A DNA stretch of 64,000 nucleotides. Source: Acidimicrobiales bacterium (lineage in GTDB: Bacteria > Actinomycetota > Acidimicrobiia > Acidimicrobiales > WLNW01). The stretch lies in NCBI GenBank assembly GCA_035525225.1, contig DATLFA010000012.1, forward strand, positions 7,818 through 71,817. Direction: 5' to 3'. A program made the translations under genes and the position numbers. The notes beneath the pieces are model-generated. The model searched no databases. It was given only the letters and a program-made list of their open reading frames with translations, and was not told where the DNA came from. Below, one piece after another: positions 37,683 to 47,248 of this stretch; within the stretch, counting starts at the first letter, position 1; each line of letters begins with the position of its first letter.

Positions 37683-40028
37683 TCAGTTGGGGCGTCGGGC
37701 CCACGGAAGGTATCGGGGCAACAGGATGACGCCGGCGGCGCCCGCGGCGGCGCAGAGGATGATCTCGAGCCAGATCACGTTGGGTGGATGATCGAACTCG
37801 AAATAGTTCTTCAACGGTTCGATGAGCAGGATGGCCACGTAGAACGCGCCCATGGTGGCGGCAAGCGCCACTTTCCACGCACGCAACGGCCGGCTGACGA
37901 CGACCAATACGACCAGCCCGATGATGAGCAACGTCATCGTCGCCGCAGTGCGCTCTTCGGCCAGCACCACGCCGTCGGCCCGGCGCGCGAGCACGTACAC
38001 CGTGAAGCTCGCAACGGCAGCCGAGATACCGGCCGGTATCGAGAATCGCAGCACGCGATCGAGAAACCCTTTGTGCACGAGCTTGTCGTTAGGTGCGAGC
38101 GCGAGCAGCAGGCCGGGGATGCCGATGCTGAACGATCCGATCAGGGTGAGATGTCGAGGGAGGAACGGATAGGGCATGCCGAAGATGGCGACGAGCGATG
38201 TCAACAACACGGCGTAGGTCGATTTGGTGATGAACAGGTTTGCGACGCGTTCGATGTTGTTGATGACACGTCGCCCTTCGGCGAGCACGCGAGGCAGGGT
38301 CGCGAACTGATTGTCGAGCAGCACCAATTGCGCGACCGCGCGCGTCGCCGCCGAACCGGACCCCATCGAGATGCCCATGTCCGCGTCTTTGAGCGCGAGC
38401 ACGTCGTTGACCCCGTCGCCCGTCATCGCCACGGTCCTGCCCCGTGATTGCAGGGCGCCCACCATCGCCCGTTTTTGATGAGGCGTCACTCGACCGAAAA
38501 CCGCGTTCTGCTCCAGTATTTCGGCCATCGCCTCGCGCTCTTCGGGCAGATTGCGGGCGTCGTAGCCGACCTCGGCGTTGGGGATGCCGGCGCGCCGGGC
38601 GACCGCCGCGACAGTCTGGGGATGATCGCCCGAGATCACTTTGAGGTCGACGTCTTGAGTGATGAAGAACTCGAGGATCTCGCGCGCGTCGGGCCGCACG
38701 GTGTCCTCCAACACGATGATCGCCACCGGTGAGCGTTCGTCGGGCAGGTTCTCGCCGTCGTATTTGTGGCGGCTGTGGGTCACCACCAGCACCCGCTTGC
38801 CCTGTTCGGTGTCGGCCTCGACGCGTGCCCGGCAATCGACATCGTCGGCATCGAGCAAGATGTCGGGCGCACCGAGATAGAACGAACCCTGTTCGCTGAA
38901 GTGCGCGCCGGCCCATTTGCGAGCGGACGAGAACGGGGTCGATTCGGTGAGGCTCCATCCTTGTGCCGGAGCGGCGAATGCGTCGGCGATCGCCTTGAGT
39001 GTTGGATTCGGGTTGGTGTCGGCGGCGCCCATCGCGCCGAGCACCTCTCGCGCGTAGGCCTCGTCGTGCGGCTCGATCACCTCGATGCCGCCGAGCGAGA
39101 TCTCGCCGGTCGTGATGGTGCCCGTCTTGTCGAGGCACAGCGTGTCGACGCGGGCGAGAAGCTCGACCGACGCCAGCTCTTTGGCCAACGCCCGCCGGCG
39201 GGCGAGAGCGAGCACGCCGACGATGAACGCGATGCTGGTCAACAACACCAGACCATCAGGGACCATCGCCACCGACGCCGCGACCATACCGGTCAACGCG
39301 TCTTGCCACGATTCCTCATTGATGAGGCGGATGAACAACAGGATCGCCGCGGGCGGGATGATGATGAGCTGCCAACGGAGGATCTTGTCGACGCCACGCC
39401 GCAGGTCGCTGGGTGCGAGAGCGAACTTGCGAGCCTCGTTGGCGAGCTTCGCAGCGTAGGAATCAGCGCCGATGTGAGTGGCGCGGTAGTAGCCCGAGCC
39501 GGCCGAGACGAAGCTGCCCGAAAGTACGCTGTCGGTCTCGTGCTTCTCGACGGGTTCGGCTTCGCCGGTGAGGAGGGATTCGTCGATCTCGAGGCCAACC
39601 GCTTGGACGACCTCGCCGTCGACGACGACTTGGTCGCCCGGTTGCAGTACCAAGAGCTCGTCGGCGACGACCTGGCTGACTCCCAGCTCGAGCAATTCGC
39701 CGTCGCGCACGACGTGGGCCTTCGGCGCGTTGAGCACCGCCAGCTCGTTGAGCGTCTTGCGCGCCCGCAGCTCCTGGACGATGCCGATGACGCTGTTCGA
39801 GATGATGACGCCGGCGAACAACGCATCCTTCGGTTGCCCGGCCACGAGGATCAGCACGAACAGTGTGCCGACGATGCCGTTGACGCGCGTGAAGACGTTC
39901 GCGCGGATGATCTCGCGGACAGTGCGCACCGGCGCGTCGGGCACCGCGTTGACACGACCCTGTGCCACTCGTTCTTGCACCTCGGCGGCGGTGAGGCCGC
40001 TTTGCGGTGGCGCGACGGGAGCGGTCAT
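37683..40028 (-). CDS. cation-translocating P-type ATPase (HAD-IC, P2-like)
   Basis: Track ORF of 781 aa with TGEAEP, the phosphorylation site DKTGTITTG, and the hinge MTGDGVNDVLALKDADMGISMG. Confidence 0.92.
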   Translation of the reverse strand: MTAPVAPPQSGLTAAEVQERVAQGRVNAVPDAPVRTVREIIRANVFTRVNGIVGTLFVLILVAGQPKDALFAGVIISNSVIGIVQELRARKTLNELAVLNAPKAHVVRDGELLELGVSQVVADELLVLQPGDQVVVDGEVVQAVGLEIDESLLTGEAEPVEKHETDSVLSGSFVSAGSGYYRATHIGADSYAAKLANEARKFALAPSDLRRGVDKILRWQLIIIPPAAILLFIRLINEESWQDALTGMVAASVAMVPDGLVLLTSIAFIVGVLALARRRALAKELASVELLARVDTLCLDKTGTITTGEISLGGIEVIEPHDEAYAREVLGAMGAADTNPNPTLKAIADAFAAPAQGWSLTESTPFSSARKWAGAHFSEQGSFYLGAPDILLDADDVDCRARVEADTEQGKRVLVVTHSRHKYDGENLPDERSPVAIIVLEDTVRPDAREILEFFITQDVDLKVISGDHPQTVAAVARRAGIPNAEVGYDARNLPEEREAMAEILEQNAVFGRVTPHQKRAMVGALQSRGRTVAMTGDGVNDVLALKDADMGISMGSGSAATRAVAQLVLLDNQFATLPRVLAEGRRVINNIERVANLFITKSTYAVLLTSLVAIFGMPYPFLPRHLTLIGSFSIGIPGLLLALAPNDKLVHKGFLDRVLRFSIPAGISAAVASFTVYVLARRADGVVLAEERTAATMTLLIIGLVVLVVVSRPLRAWKVALAATMGAFYVAILLIEPLKNYFEFDHPPNVIWLEIILCAAAGAAGVILLPRYLPWARRPN

Positions 40029-40044
40029 CGCGCCGGAGGCTAGC

Positions 40045-40072
40045 GGCCCGAGGGGCCCTTACCGAGCGGGAG
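40045..40072. repeat. REP-like element (variant)
   Basis: GGCCCGAGGGGCCCTTACCGAGCGGGAG lies between the Nudix stop at 40081 and the ATPase start at 40028. Confidence 0.5.
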
Positions 40073-40080
40073 CCGGCGGC

Positions 40081-40812
40081 TCACCACGGCGAACCCGCGT
40101 CGTCGAAGTGCCACCCCTGTTCGCCGGTGACGATACGGTGCCGCGGCCCGTCTGCATCGAGGTCATTCGTGTCATATCCCGCGTCGGGATGCCACAGGAA
40201 CGTCATTGCCGTTTCGGTGCGCACGACGTGCGTTTCGTAGAACCGGGGCGCACGGGTGCGATATGCCTCGAGCGCGTCGACGACCGAGGCCGCGCGAGCC
40301 AGATAGGTCAACGTCACGAACGTGGGCGGCGCGAGTTGGATCTCCTTCGCTCGATGACGCGCCAGGGCATAGGCCGGTCGTAACCACGCATGGTCACATA
40401 TCTCGAACGGGTCGATCTCGACATCTTCGTGCAGCGCCTGACACGCGAAGAAGAAGGTGGCAAACCGAAATTTGGCACCTTGTGGCGGAACCCAATGCGC
40501 AAACCACACGAGCGACTCGACATCGATCCTCTGGCTCGCTTCCTCGGCCGACTCGCGTACCGCCGCGGCTCGTGCCGAAGAGAGCAGATCGACGACACCT
40601 TCGCCATGGTCGCCGGCGTCGATCTTTCCACCGGGGAATACCCAAAGCCCGCCGGCAAAGGCGGCCTCGGCACCGCGTCGCAACATGAGCACTTCGAGCG
40701 CGCCCGCGTGCTCGCGCAAGATGACCACCGTTGCCGCGGCCGTTACCGGTGACCCGGCACGGTGTTGTTCGGCCACCCAATCGTGATACGAGGGTTCGAG
40801 ATGTTGGTTCAT
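40081..40812 (-). CDS. NUDIX hydrolase
   Basis: ATG at 40812 (ATGA overlap) within track ORF 40081..41373 gives 243 aa. The Nudix box is GGKIDAGDHGEGVVDLLSSARAAAVRESAEEAS. Confidence 0.82.
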   Translation of the reverse strand: MNQHLEPSYHDWVAEQHRAGSPVTAAATVVILREHAGALEVLMLRRGAEAAFAGGLWVFPGGKIDAGDHGEGVVDLLSSARAAAVRESAEEASQRIDVESLVWFAHWVPPQGAKFRFATFFFACQALHEDVEIDPFEICDHAWLRPAYALARHRAKEIQLAPPTFVTLTYLARAASVVDALEAYRTRAPRFYETHVVRTETAMTFLWHPDAGYDTNDLDADGPRHRIVTGEQGWHFDDAGSPW

Positions 40813-41996
40813 GCCACGACCTTGTCCGCGCGTAGCGCGGTGATCCGAGCGTCGTCGAAGCCGAGTTCGCGCAGCACGTCGTCGGTGTGCTGCCCGAGTG
40901 TCGGCGCGTGGGGCCCGTGATGTGCGGGAGTGCCGCCGAACACCGCGGGCGGGCGCGGCTGCTGTACCCGGCCGAGCGCGGGGTGCAGCGTTTCGCTCAA
41001 CAGTTCGTTCGCTCGCACCTGCGCATCGTGCGGCAGTTGGTGCACCGGCACCGCGACACCGCAGGGGACGTCGTTGGCTTCCATGCGGGCCATCGCGTCG
41101 ACCAGCGGAGTCTTCAGTGCTTCGGCGTTTACCGTGCGTAACGCTGCGCGCAGCTTGTCCTGATTGCGCATGCGGTCGCCGATGGTTGCGAGGTCGGGGT
41201 CGGTGCTGTCGACGCCGAACGATCGGCACAGACCGTGGAATTCGGAGTCGGCCAGGGGAGTGGCGGTCGCGAACCCGTCGGCCAACCGCATGAGTGACAT
41301 CGTGCCGGCCGCAGACGATGGTCGCCCGCTCGTGTTGTCGAGCAGCGTCTCGTTGCCTGCGCAGTCGACCCACACGAACGCGATCGCCGCGTCGAGCATG
41401 GCCAGCCGAATCAATTGACCACCGCGCCCACGCTCCCGCGCGAAGAGCGCGGCACTGATCGCCTGTGCCGCGGTGAGCGACGTGATCTTGTCGGCCGCCA
41501 GCTGACGCAGGAATTGCGGTTCGCCGGTCGCGGGGTCGCTCTGGGTGTACGTCAATCCGGATTGCGCCTGTACGACGTTGTCGTAGACGCGCTTGTGGGC
41601 GAGAGGGCCGGAATCACCGAAGCCGCTGATCGATACGTAGATGATGTCCTCGCGGAGTGCACGCAGGTCGTCGTATCCGATGCCCATGCGCTCAGCGACG
41701 CCGGGCCGGAAGTTCTGCACGAACACATCGGCGCTGCGGCAGAGGTCGCGCAGCACTTCGATGGCGCGTGCGTCACGCAGGTCGAGCACCACGCTGCGCT
41801 TGCCGCGGTTGGCGATCTGGAACATCGCCGAGATGCCGTTGTGGGCCACGCCGACGAATCGGGCGATGTCACCGATGCCCGGTTGCTCGATCTTGACCAC
41901 GTCCGCGCCTTGGTCGGCGAGGATGCCGACGGCGAGTGGCCCCGAGATGGCGACCGAGAGGTCGACGACCTTGATGCCCGAGAGTGGTCCGGTCAT
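40809..41996 (-). CDS. CoA-transferase family III (CaiB/BaiF-type)
   Basis: ATG at 41996 (ATGA overlap) within track ORF 40809..42890 gives MTGPLSGIKVVDLSVAISGPLAVGILADQGADVVKIE... (395 aa). Confidence 0.88.
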   Translation of the reverse strand: MTGPLSGIKVVDLSVAISGPLAVGILADQGADVVKIEQPGIGDIARFVGVAHNGISAMFQIANRGKRSVVLDLRDARAIEVLRDLCRSADVFVQNFRPGVAERMGIGYDDLRALREDIIYVSISGFGDSGPLAHKRVYDNVVQAQSGLTYTQSDPATGEPQFLRQLAADKITSLTAAQAISAALFARERGRGGQLIRLAMLDAAIAFVWVDCAGNETLLDNTSGRPSSAAGTMSLMRLADGFATATPLADSEFHGLCRSFGVDSTDPDLATIGDRMRNQDKLRAALRTVNAEALKTPLVDAMARMEANDVPCGVAVPVHQLPHDAQVRANELLSETLHPALGRVQQPRPPAVFGGTPAHHGPHAPTLGQHTDDVLRELGFDDARITALRADKVVA

Positions 41997-42847
41997 CCGT
42001 AGCCCCGGTCGAGCGGGCCGAGACCCATGCGCGCACGCATCTCGTCGTTGTTGACGAAGATCGGCTCGTTGTCCACACCGAGATGCGCCCACTTCCACGA
42101 CATGCCGCCATCGACCGGGATGAGTTGACCGTTGACGTAGCTCGACAGGTCCGAGACGAGGAAGAGCGCCACGGATGCGATCTCTGCGGGTTCGCCGCGG
42201 CGGTGCAAAGGGATGGCGACGCGGTCGCGGCGGTCGGGCGGCAGTGGCTTGGCCCGCGGTGTGTTGATCGTGCCCGGTGCGATGACGTTGGCACGGATGC
42301 CGTGGTGACCCCATTCGACGGCCATGGTGCGAGTGAGCGCGACGACGCCCGCTTTCGAGGTTCCGTACGCAACGTGATACGGCGCGGCGGCCAGCCCCGC
42401 GGTCGACGCGACATTGACAATCGAACCGCCACCGCCTTCGATCATCACCTTCGCGACGGCTTGGCCGAGGAACATGACGTAGTCGACGTTGATGGTGAAC
42501 ACGGTGCGCCACTGCTCGCGGGTGTAGTCGAGTGTCGGCGCCCACCCGTCGAGCGCGGTGCCCCCGATGACGTTGACCAGACCGTCGATGCGCCCGCACT
42601 CGCGCTGCGCGGTGTCGATGATCGACGCGATGCCCTCGTCGGTGGTCACGTCGCCGCTGACGCCGACGAACGGCTGTCCGGCGAACTCGGTCGTGACGGC
42701 CTCGAGGGCCGCCTTGTCGCGGTCGACGCCGATGACGGTCGCGCCTGCCTCGAGCATCGCCTGTACCGAGCGGGTGCCGATGCCACCGCCACCGGCACCG
42801 GCCACGATCACGCAACGACCATCCAGCCGCAATCTTTCGACGATCAT
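41993..42847 (-). CDS. SDR family oxidoreductase
   Basis: ATG at 42847 (AAGGGGG upstream); the track ORF begins one codon earlier at a TTG. It has VIVAGAGGGGIG and YGTSK. Confidence 0.88.
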   Translation of the reverse strand: MIVERLRLDGRCVIVAGAGGGGIGTRSVQAMLEAGATVIGVDRDKAALEAVTTEFAGQPFVGVSGDVTTDEGIASIIDTAQRECGRIDGLVNVIGGTALDGWAPTLDYTREQWRTVFTINVDYVMFLGQAVAKVMIEGGGGSIVNVASTAGLAAAPYHVAYGTSKAGVVALTRTMAVEWGHHGIRANVIAPGTINTPRAKPLPPDRRDRVAIPLHRRGEPAEIASVALFLVSDLSSYVNGQLIPVDGGMSWKWAHLGVDNEPIFVNNDEMRARMGLGPLDRGYG

Positions 42848-42907
42848 CAACTAGCCCCCTTGGTGCGAACGCGGCAGATTGTAGGGACACGGGGCGAGGG
42901 GAATGCA

Positions 42908-43747
42908 GTGGCGGTCAGCGATCTCAGGGGCAAGACAGCGGTTGTGACGGGTGCCGCCAGCGGCATCGGCTTGGCCATGACCGAGCGATTCGTGGGCGTT
43001 GGTGCCCGGGTCGTGATGGCCGACGTCGAGGAAGCGGCCCTCGTGCGCGAGGCCACGAGGCTGCAGCGTGCCGACGCCGATGTGTTGGCCGTGCTCACCG
43101 ATGTCACCGACCCGGCGCAGGTCGAGAACCTGCGTGACCAGGCGTTGACGCAGTACGGGGCCGTGCACGTGGTGTGCAACAACGCCGGCGTCGCGCCCGC
43201 GGGGCCGATGTTGACCACCACCGCGGCGGACTGGCGCTGGATCGTCGACGTCAACGTGCTCGGCGTCGCGTACGGCGTCGTCACGTTCGGCCCACTGCTC
43301 GTCGAGCAAGGCGAGGGCCATATCGTCAACACCGCGTCCGAGGCCGGACTTGTAACGACGCCGACCCTCGGCATGTACTGCGCCACCAAGCATGCAGTGG
43401 TGGGCTTGTCCGAATCGCTCTATCACGAACTCGCACCGCAAGGCATCGGTGTGTCGTGCCTGTGCCCCAACCTCGTCAAGACCAGCATCTTCCATTCGGA
43501 GCGCAATCGTCCTCACGGCGCCCAGTTGACCGCTCAGGAGCATGCGGTCATCAGCCCGCTGCGCGAGAGCATCGACGCGATGGGGATCGCACCGTCGCAA
43601 GTCGCGACCGATGTCATCGACGCGGTCACCACCGGCAAGTTCTGGATCTTCACGCACCCCATCACGAAGCCGGTGGCGCTTTCGCGATTCGACGACATCC
43701 AGGCCGATCGCAATCCGACCAACGCCTACGACCGCCTCACCCGCTGA
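42908..43747 (+). CDS. SDR family oxidoreductase
   Basis: GTG at 42908 (GAGGGGA upstream) within track ORF 41984..43747 gives VAVSDLRGKTAVVTGAASGIG, with YCATK further in. Confidence 0.88.
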   Translation: MAVSDLRGKTAVVTGAASGIGLAMTERFVGVGARVVMADVEEAALVREATRLQRADADVLAVLTDVTDPAQVENLRDQALTQYGAVHVVCNNAGVAPAGPMLTTTAADWRWIVDVNVLGVAYGVVTFGPLLVEQGEGHIVNTASEAGLVTTPTLGMYCATKHAVVGLSESLYHELAPQGIGVSCLCPNLVKTSIFHSERNRPHGAQLTAQEHAVISPLRESIDAMGIAPSQVATDVIDAVTTGKFWIFTHPITKPVALSRFDDIQADRNPTNAYDRLTR

Positions 43748-43769
43748 TACTGCCCGAACTTCCCGAACT

Positions 43770-43808
43770 CGCAGCACAACGTCGGACACGGTCCGACGTT
43801 GTGCTGCG
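43770..43808. terminator. 18-bp perfect stem-loop, candidate bidirectional terminator
   Basis: CGCAGCACAACGTCGGAC-ACG-GTCCGACGTTGTGCTGCG lies between the convergent stops at 43747 and 43840. Confidence 0.65.
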
Positions 43809-43839
43809 AGAACGGGTCTGGGACCGGTCGTCGGCGTGG

Positions 43840-44862
43840 TCAGATGCGGGCGGCGAAGAAATCGGTGAGCACTTCGTTGGTGCGCGCCGGGTCTTCTTCG
43901 GGCACGAAGTGACCGCAGAGCGCGCCGCGAACGCGCAAGTCGGGGAAGTGGCGGGGGAACGACTCGGCGTACAGGTCGCCGCTCGGCTGGTAGTCGTCGT
44001 CGGGCAGGCCCGACACGAACGCCTGCGGGATGAGGAACGGGCTGAAGAGCCACAGCGCGGGATGCGGATAGGTCTTGTGCCAGTCCTCTGGGGCATAGAC
44101 CATGTGCTCGAATTCGTTGCGCTCCCAGAGAGCCGCGACCTTCGGATTCGACAGGAATTCGAACGACCCGTCGTCGTGGAGTCGGTGAAACGGCAACGCA
44201 TGGCGGTAGTACTCGACCGCGTGGAACCACGATGCGTCGTTGTCGAACATCGCGACGTAGTGGTCGACGTCCGCTGAGGTCCACGTGCGCGACGGATCCC
44301 ACAGGCGCGCGCCGGAGGCGCCGTCATCGGCACGCGCCCATGGCGAATAGGGCGGCGGCCCGTACGAACCCTTCTCTCCGGCGAACACCGCTCGGATTAA
44401 TTCGACCGCATGGCGGGGCCAGAACTCGTCGGCCTGCGGTTCGCATTTGAACCACCAGCCGTGGATGCCGCGCGGGGACCACACGGAGGTCAGCGTGTCG
44501 ATGAGCGCGAGCTTGGTGAATCGGTCGGGATGATCGATCGCGGCCTTGAACGCAATGATGCCGCCCCAATCGTGACCGACGAGGTAGACCTCATCGAGGC
44601 CCACGGCATCGATGAACTCGACCATGTCGTCGGCGAGGATGTCGCGCGTGACCCTGACGCGGGGCTTGTCGGTCAGCCCGTAGCCGCGCGTGTCGGGCGC
44701 GTAGACGTCGTAGTCCGCGGCGAGCACCTCGATCTGATGGCGCCACATGTACGAATCCTGTGGGAACCCGTGCACCAACAGGACGGCCGGATTGCCCTGC
44801 CGGCCGGCGTGGCGATAGTGCACCCGCAGGCTCGGCGTATCGACGAACTGTGTCGTGATCAC
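43840..44862 (-). CDS. alpha/beta hydrolase (epoxide hydrolase/haloalkane dehalogenase-like)
   Basis: Track ORF of 340 aa with a GTG start and a GTGA overlap. It has LLVHGFPQ and the nucleophile elbow GHDWGG. Confidence 0.88.
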   Translation of the reverse strand: MITTQFVDTPSLRVHYRHAGRQGNPAVLLVHGFPQDSYMWRHQIEVLAADYDVYAPDTRGYGLTDKPRVRVTRDILADDMVEFIDAVGLDEVYLVGHDWGGIIAFKAAIDHPDRFTKLALIDTLTSVWSPRGIHGWWFKCEPQADEFWPRHAVELIRAVFAGEKGSYGPPPYSPWARADDGASGARLWDPSRTWTSADVDHYVAMFDNDASWFHAVEYYRHALPFHRLHDDGSFEFLSNPKVAALWERNEFEHMVYAPEDWHKTYPHPALWLFSPFLIPQAFVSGLPDDDYQPSGDLYAESFPRHFPDLRVRGALCGHFVPEEDPARTNEVLTDFFAARI

Positions 44863-45677
44863 CGCGCCGGCATGTACTTCGCGAAGTCGACCTGACCGGT
44901 TGCCGCGGCCGCAGAGAATCCCCCGTCGACGACCATGTTGATGCCGTTGACGTAGCTCGCCTCACTGCTGCCGAGGAAGATCATCGCGGGGGCCATCTCA
45001 CGCGGCTCGGCCAAACGCCCGATACCGACGTCGGCGGTCATGTTGATGGCCCAGTCGCCCATTGCTTCACGGAAGTCGGGCATGATCTTGGTGTCGGTGA
45101 CACCGGGGCAGATGCTGTTGATGCGCACGCCCTGCTTGATCGACGTCACCGATCGGACCATCGTGTAGAACTGCACGAGCTCCTTCGAGAACGAGTACGC
45201 GTCGTTGGGCAACGTGTTGCCCTCGACCCACGCACTGCCCGCGGCGAAATCCGGCGTCGAGACGAGCTCGGCGATCTGTGGGACATGCTCGAACCAACGT
45301 CCCCCGGCGATCGATGCGATGTGCACGACTGCACTGCCTTTGGGCATTCGCGGAATGAGCGACTCGGTGAGCATGCGAAGGCCCAAGAAGTTGACTTGCA
45401 GTACTTGGACGTCGCTGAATCGGGTCTTGCCCGGTATGCCCGCGCAGTTCATGAGCACGTCGACGCGCGACGGCAGGGCTGCGGCTGCGGCAGTGATCGA
45501 TTCAGGATCGCCCAGATCGCAGCGCACGTATTTGTCGACCGGCTGGTCGACGCCCGCGATGTCGACGGCGAAGACGTGGGCACCGGCGTCGAGCAACATC
45601 GCTGTCGTCTCCGCGCCCATGCCTGTCGACGCCCCGGTGATCACCACGTTCTTGTCGTCATAACGAAACGGTGCCAT
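44859..45677 (-). CDS. SDR family oxidoreductase
   Basis: Track ORF of 272 aa with VVITGASTGMG and YSFSK. Confidence 0.85.
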   Translation of the reverse strand: MAPFRYDDKNVVITGASTGMGAETTAMLLDAGAHVFAVDIAGVDQPVDKYVRCDLGDPESITAAAAALPSRVDVLMNCAGIPGKTRFSDVQVLQVNFLGLRMLTESLIPRMPKGSAVVHIASIAGGRWFEHVPQIAELVSTPDFAAGSAWVEGNTLPNDAYSFSKELVQFYTMVRSVTSIKQGVRINSICPGVTDTKIMPDFREAMGDWAINMTADVGIGRLAEPREMAPAMIFLGSSEASYVNGINMVVDGGFSAAAATGQVDFAKYMPAR

Positions 45678-45684
45678 AACCCAA

Positions 45685-45712
45685 CTTTCCGTTCAGAGGG
45701 CCGCTCGGGCCC
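45685..45712. repeat. REP-like element (complement orientation)
   Basis: CTTTCCGTTCAGAGGGCCGCTCGGGCCC fills the 34-nt intercistronic gap. On the mRNA strand it starts right at the TAG stop. Confidence 0.6.
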
Positions 45713-46140
45713 TAGCCACCCATTGCTTCGGCTGCTCGGTCGAACCAGCTCGACTCTTCGATGAGGCGCTCGCTCTTCCAGCCCTCTGCCGTGCGCACCA
45801 GCGAGTGGTTGTAGAAACCGCCGCACCAGAATGTCTTGCCGCTCGGCATGCCCATCGGGTTGTAGAACATCGCTCGCACCGAGGCACGGTCACCGTCGAT
45901 CTTGACATCGATGTTCGAGATGAGGTGCTGGGTCATCGGGAAACCAGCCATCGTCTTTTCGAGCCAGTTGGCCACTTCTTCGCGGTCGCCTTTGATGCCA
46001 CCGGCTGATTCGTAGTCGATGAACGCGCCGTCGGTGAACACGCTGCGGTAGAGCGCCCAGTCCTTGGAGTCGACCGAGTGCGCGTAGCGGGTCAAGAGAT
46101 CGTTGATCTCCAAACGGTCGCCGAGTGTCTGCAAGTCCAT
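45712..46140 (-). CDS. NTF2-like / SnoaL-like domain protein
   Basis: Track ORF of 142 aa: LEINDLLTRYAHSVDSKDWALYRSVFTDGAFIDY... Confidence 0.8.
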   Translation of the reverse strand: MDLQTLGDRLEINDLLTRYAHSVDSKDWALYRSVFTDGAFIDYESAGGIKGDREEVANWLEKTMAGFPMTQHLISNIDVKIDGDRASVRAMFYNPMGMPSGKTFWCGGFYNHSLVRTAEGWKSERLIEESSWFDRAAEAMGG

Positions 46141-46162
46141 GATGTTCCCCCTGAATCGAACC

Positions 46163-47212
46163 TTAGATGCCGAGGCTCTGCGCGACGACGGGCCGGCGCA
46201 GTTTCCAGATGAAGCCGTCGTAGAAGACGTGCATCCCGCCGAGCGTGAAGATGACCGCCGCGTGGACCGCCAGGCTCGAGATCGACGCGAGCGCCCAGAT
46301 GAGCAAGCCCATTGCCAAGGCGTAGCCGACGAAGAACTTCACCCGGCCATACGGCGCCGCGATGACCCGACCGATCGGCGAAGGTTGTGCGGTCACGGTT
46401 TCGGGCGTGTAGCGGGGACCGACGCTGCGCCCCACGATCACGAAGTATTCGACCGCGTGCGAGCCGACGTAGCCCATGAAGCCCGCGATCGGGTTGAGGA
46501 ACATGGTGACGAACAGGGCGCCGGTCGACGCAACGTAGATCCATTTGGCGGGGTTGCCCGCGTGGCTGCGTTCGGCGCGGATCCAGCGCGCCAGCAGGAC
46601 GAGGGACGCGGTGGCCGCGATCGGCACCAAGATCAACGCCGGCGTGCGAAATCTGGTGAGGACGTCGATGCCCTCGCGGTTGTGATCGCGAAGGCCCGCG
46701 GCTTCGATCCGGCCGGGCGTCGCGCGGTCGGCGGCGGTCCACAACAGCGCGAGTGCGAGCCACGAGAACAGCATGAGCTTTTCGACGCGACCGTGATCGT
46801 CGGCGACCTTGCGCCCGTAGATGCGCGTGATGCCGTAGCGCTGCATCAAGGTGTGTTCGGCGTTCCAGAGGCCGGCAATGACGGCGAGGGTGGCAAAGCT
46901 GTAGTGACGCAGTGCGAGCACCGCGATGATGAATATGAGGGGGCTGAGCGAGAAGATGCGCCGGGCCAGCGAGAACTGGGCCTGGTCGCCGTAGACCAGC
47001 GCCGCAGTGATGGGCTGATGGATGAACGACAACAAGAGGATCGCCTGGATCGTGGCGGGTAGATGTTGCCCGTCGACCAACACGCCGAGGAGCGCGAACG
47101 GCACCCAGAGGAAGGCCATGGCAGTATCGACCGAGGCCGAGTGGATCCAGCGTGCCCGGCCGAGCAGCCCGGCGGTTGCGCTGCTGGAGCCTGGCATCGT
47201 CGTCGCAGTCAC
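46163..47212 (-). CDS. polytopic membrane protein of unknown function with conserved-looking His motifs
   Basis: Track ORF of 349 aa with a GTG start and about 8-9 hydrophobic segments. His-containing motifs are FIHQP, WNAEHTLMQRYG, GSHAVEYF and GGMHVFYDGFIWKLRRP. Confidence 0.7.
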   Translation of the reverse strand: MTATTMPGSSSATAGLLGRARWIHSASVDTAMAFLWVPFALLGVLVDGQHLPATIQAILLLSFIHQPITAALVYGDQAQFSLARRIFSLSPLIFIIAVLALRHYSFATLAVIAGLWNAEHTLMQRYGITRIYGRKVADDHGRVEKLMLFSWLALALLWTAADRATPGRIEAAGLRDHNREGIDVLTRFRTPALILVPIAATASLVLLARWIRAERSHAGNPAKWIYVASTGALFVTMFLNPIAGFMGYVGSHAVEYFVIVGRSVGPRYTPETVTAQPSPIGRVIAAPYGRVKFFVGYALAMGLLIWALASISSLAVHAAVIFTLGGMHVFYDGFIWKLRRPVVAQSLGI

Positions 47213-47248
47213 TGTCGCCTCCGTCGCCGGTGCAGGCTAGCCGGACTG

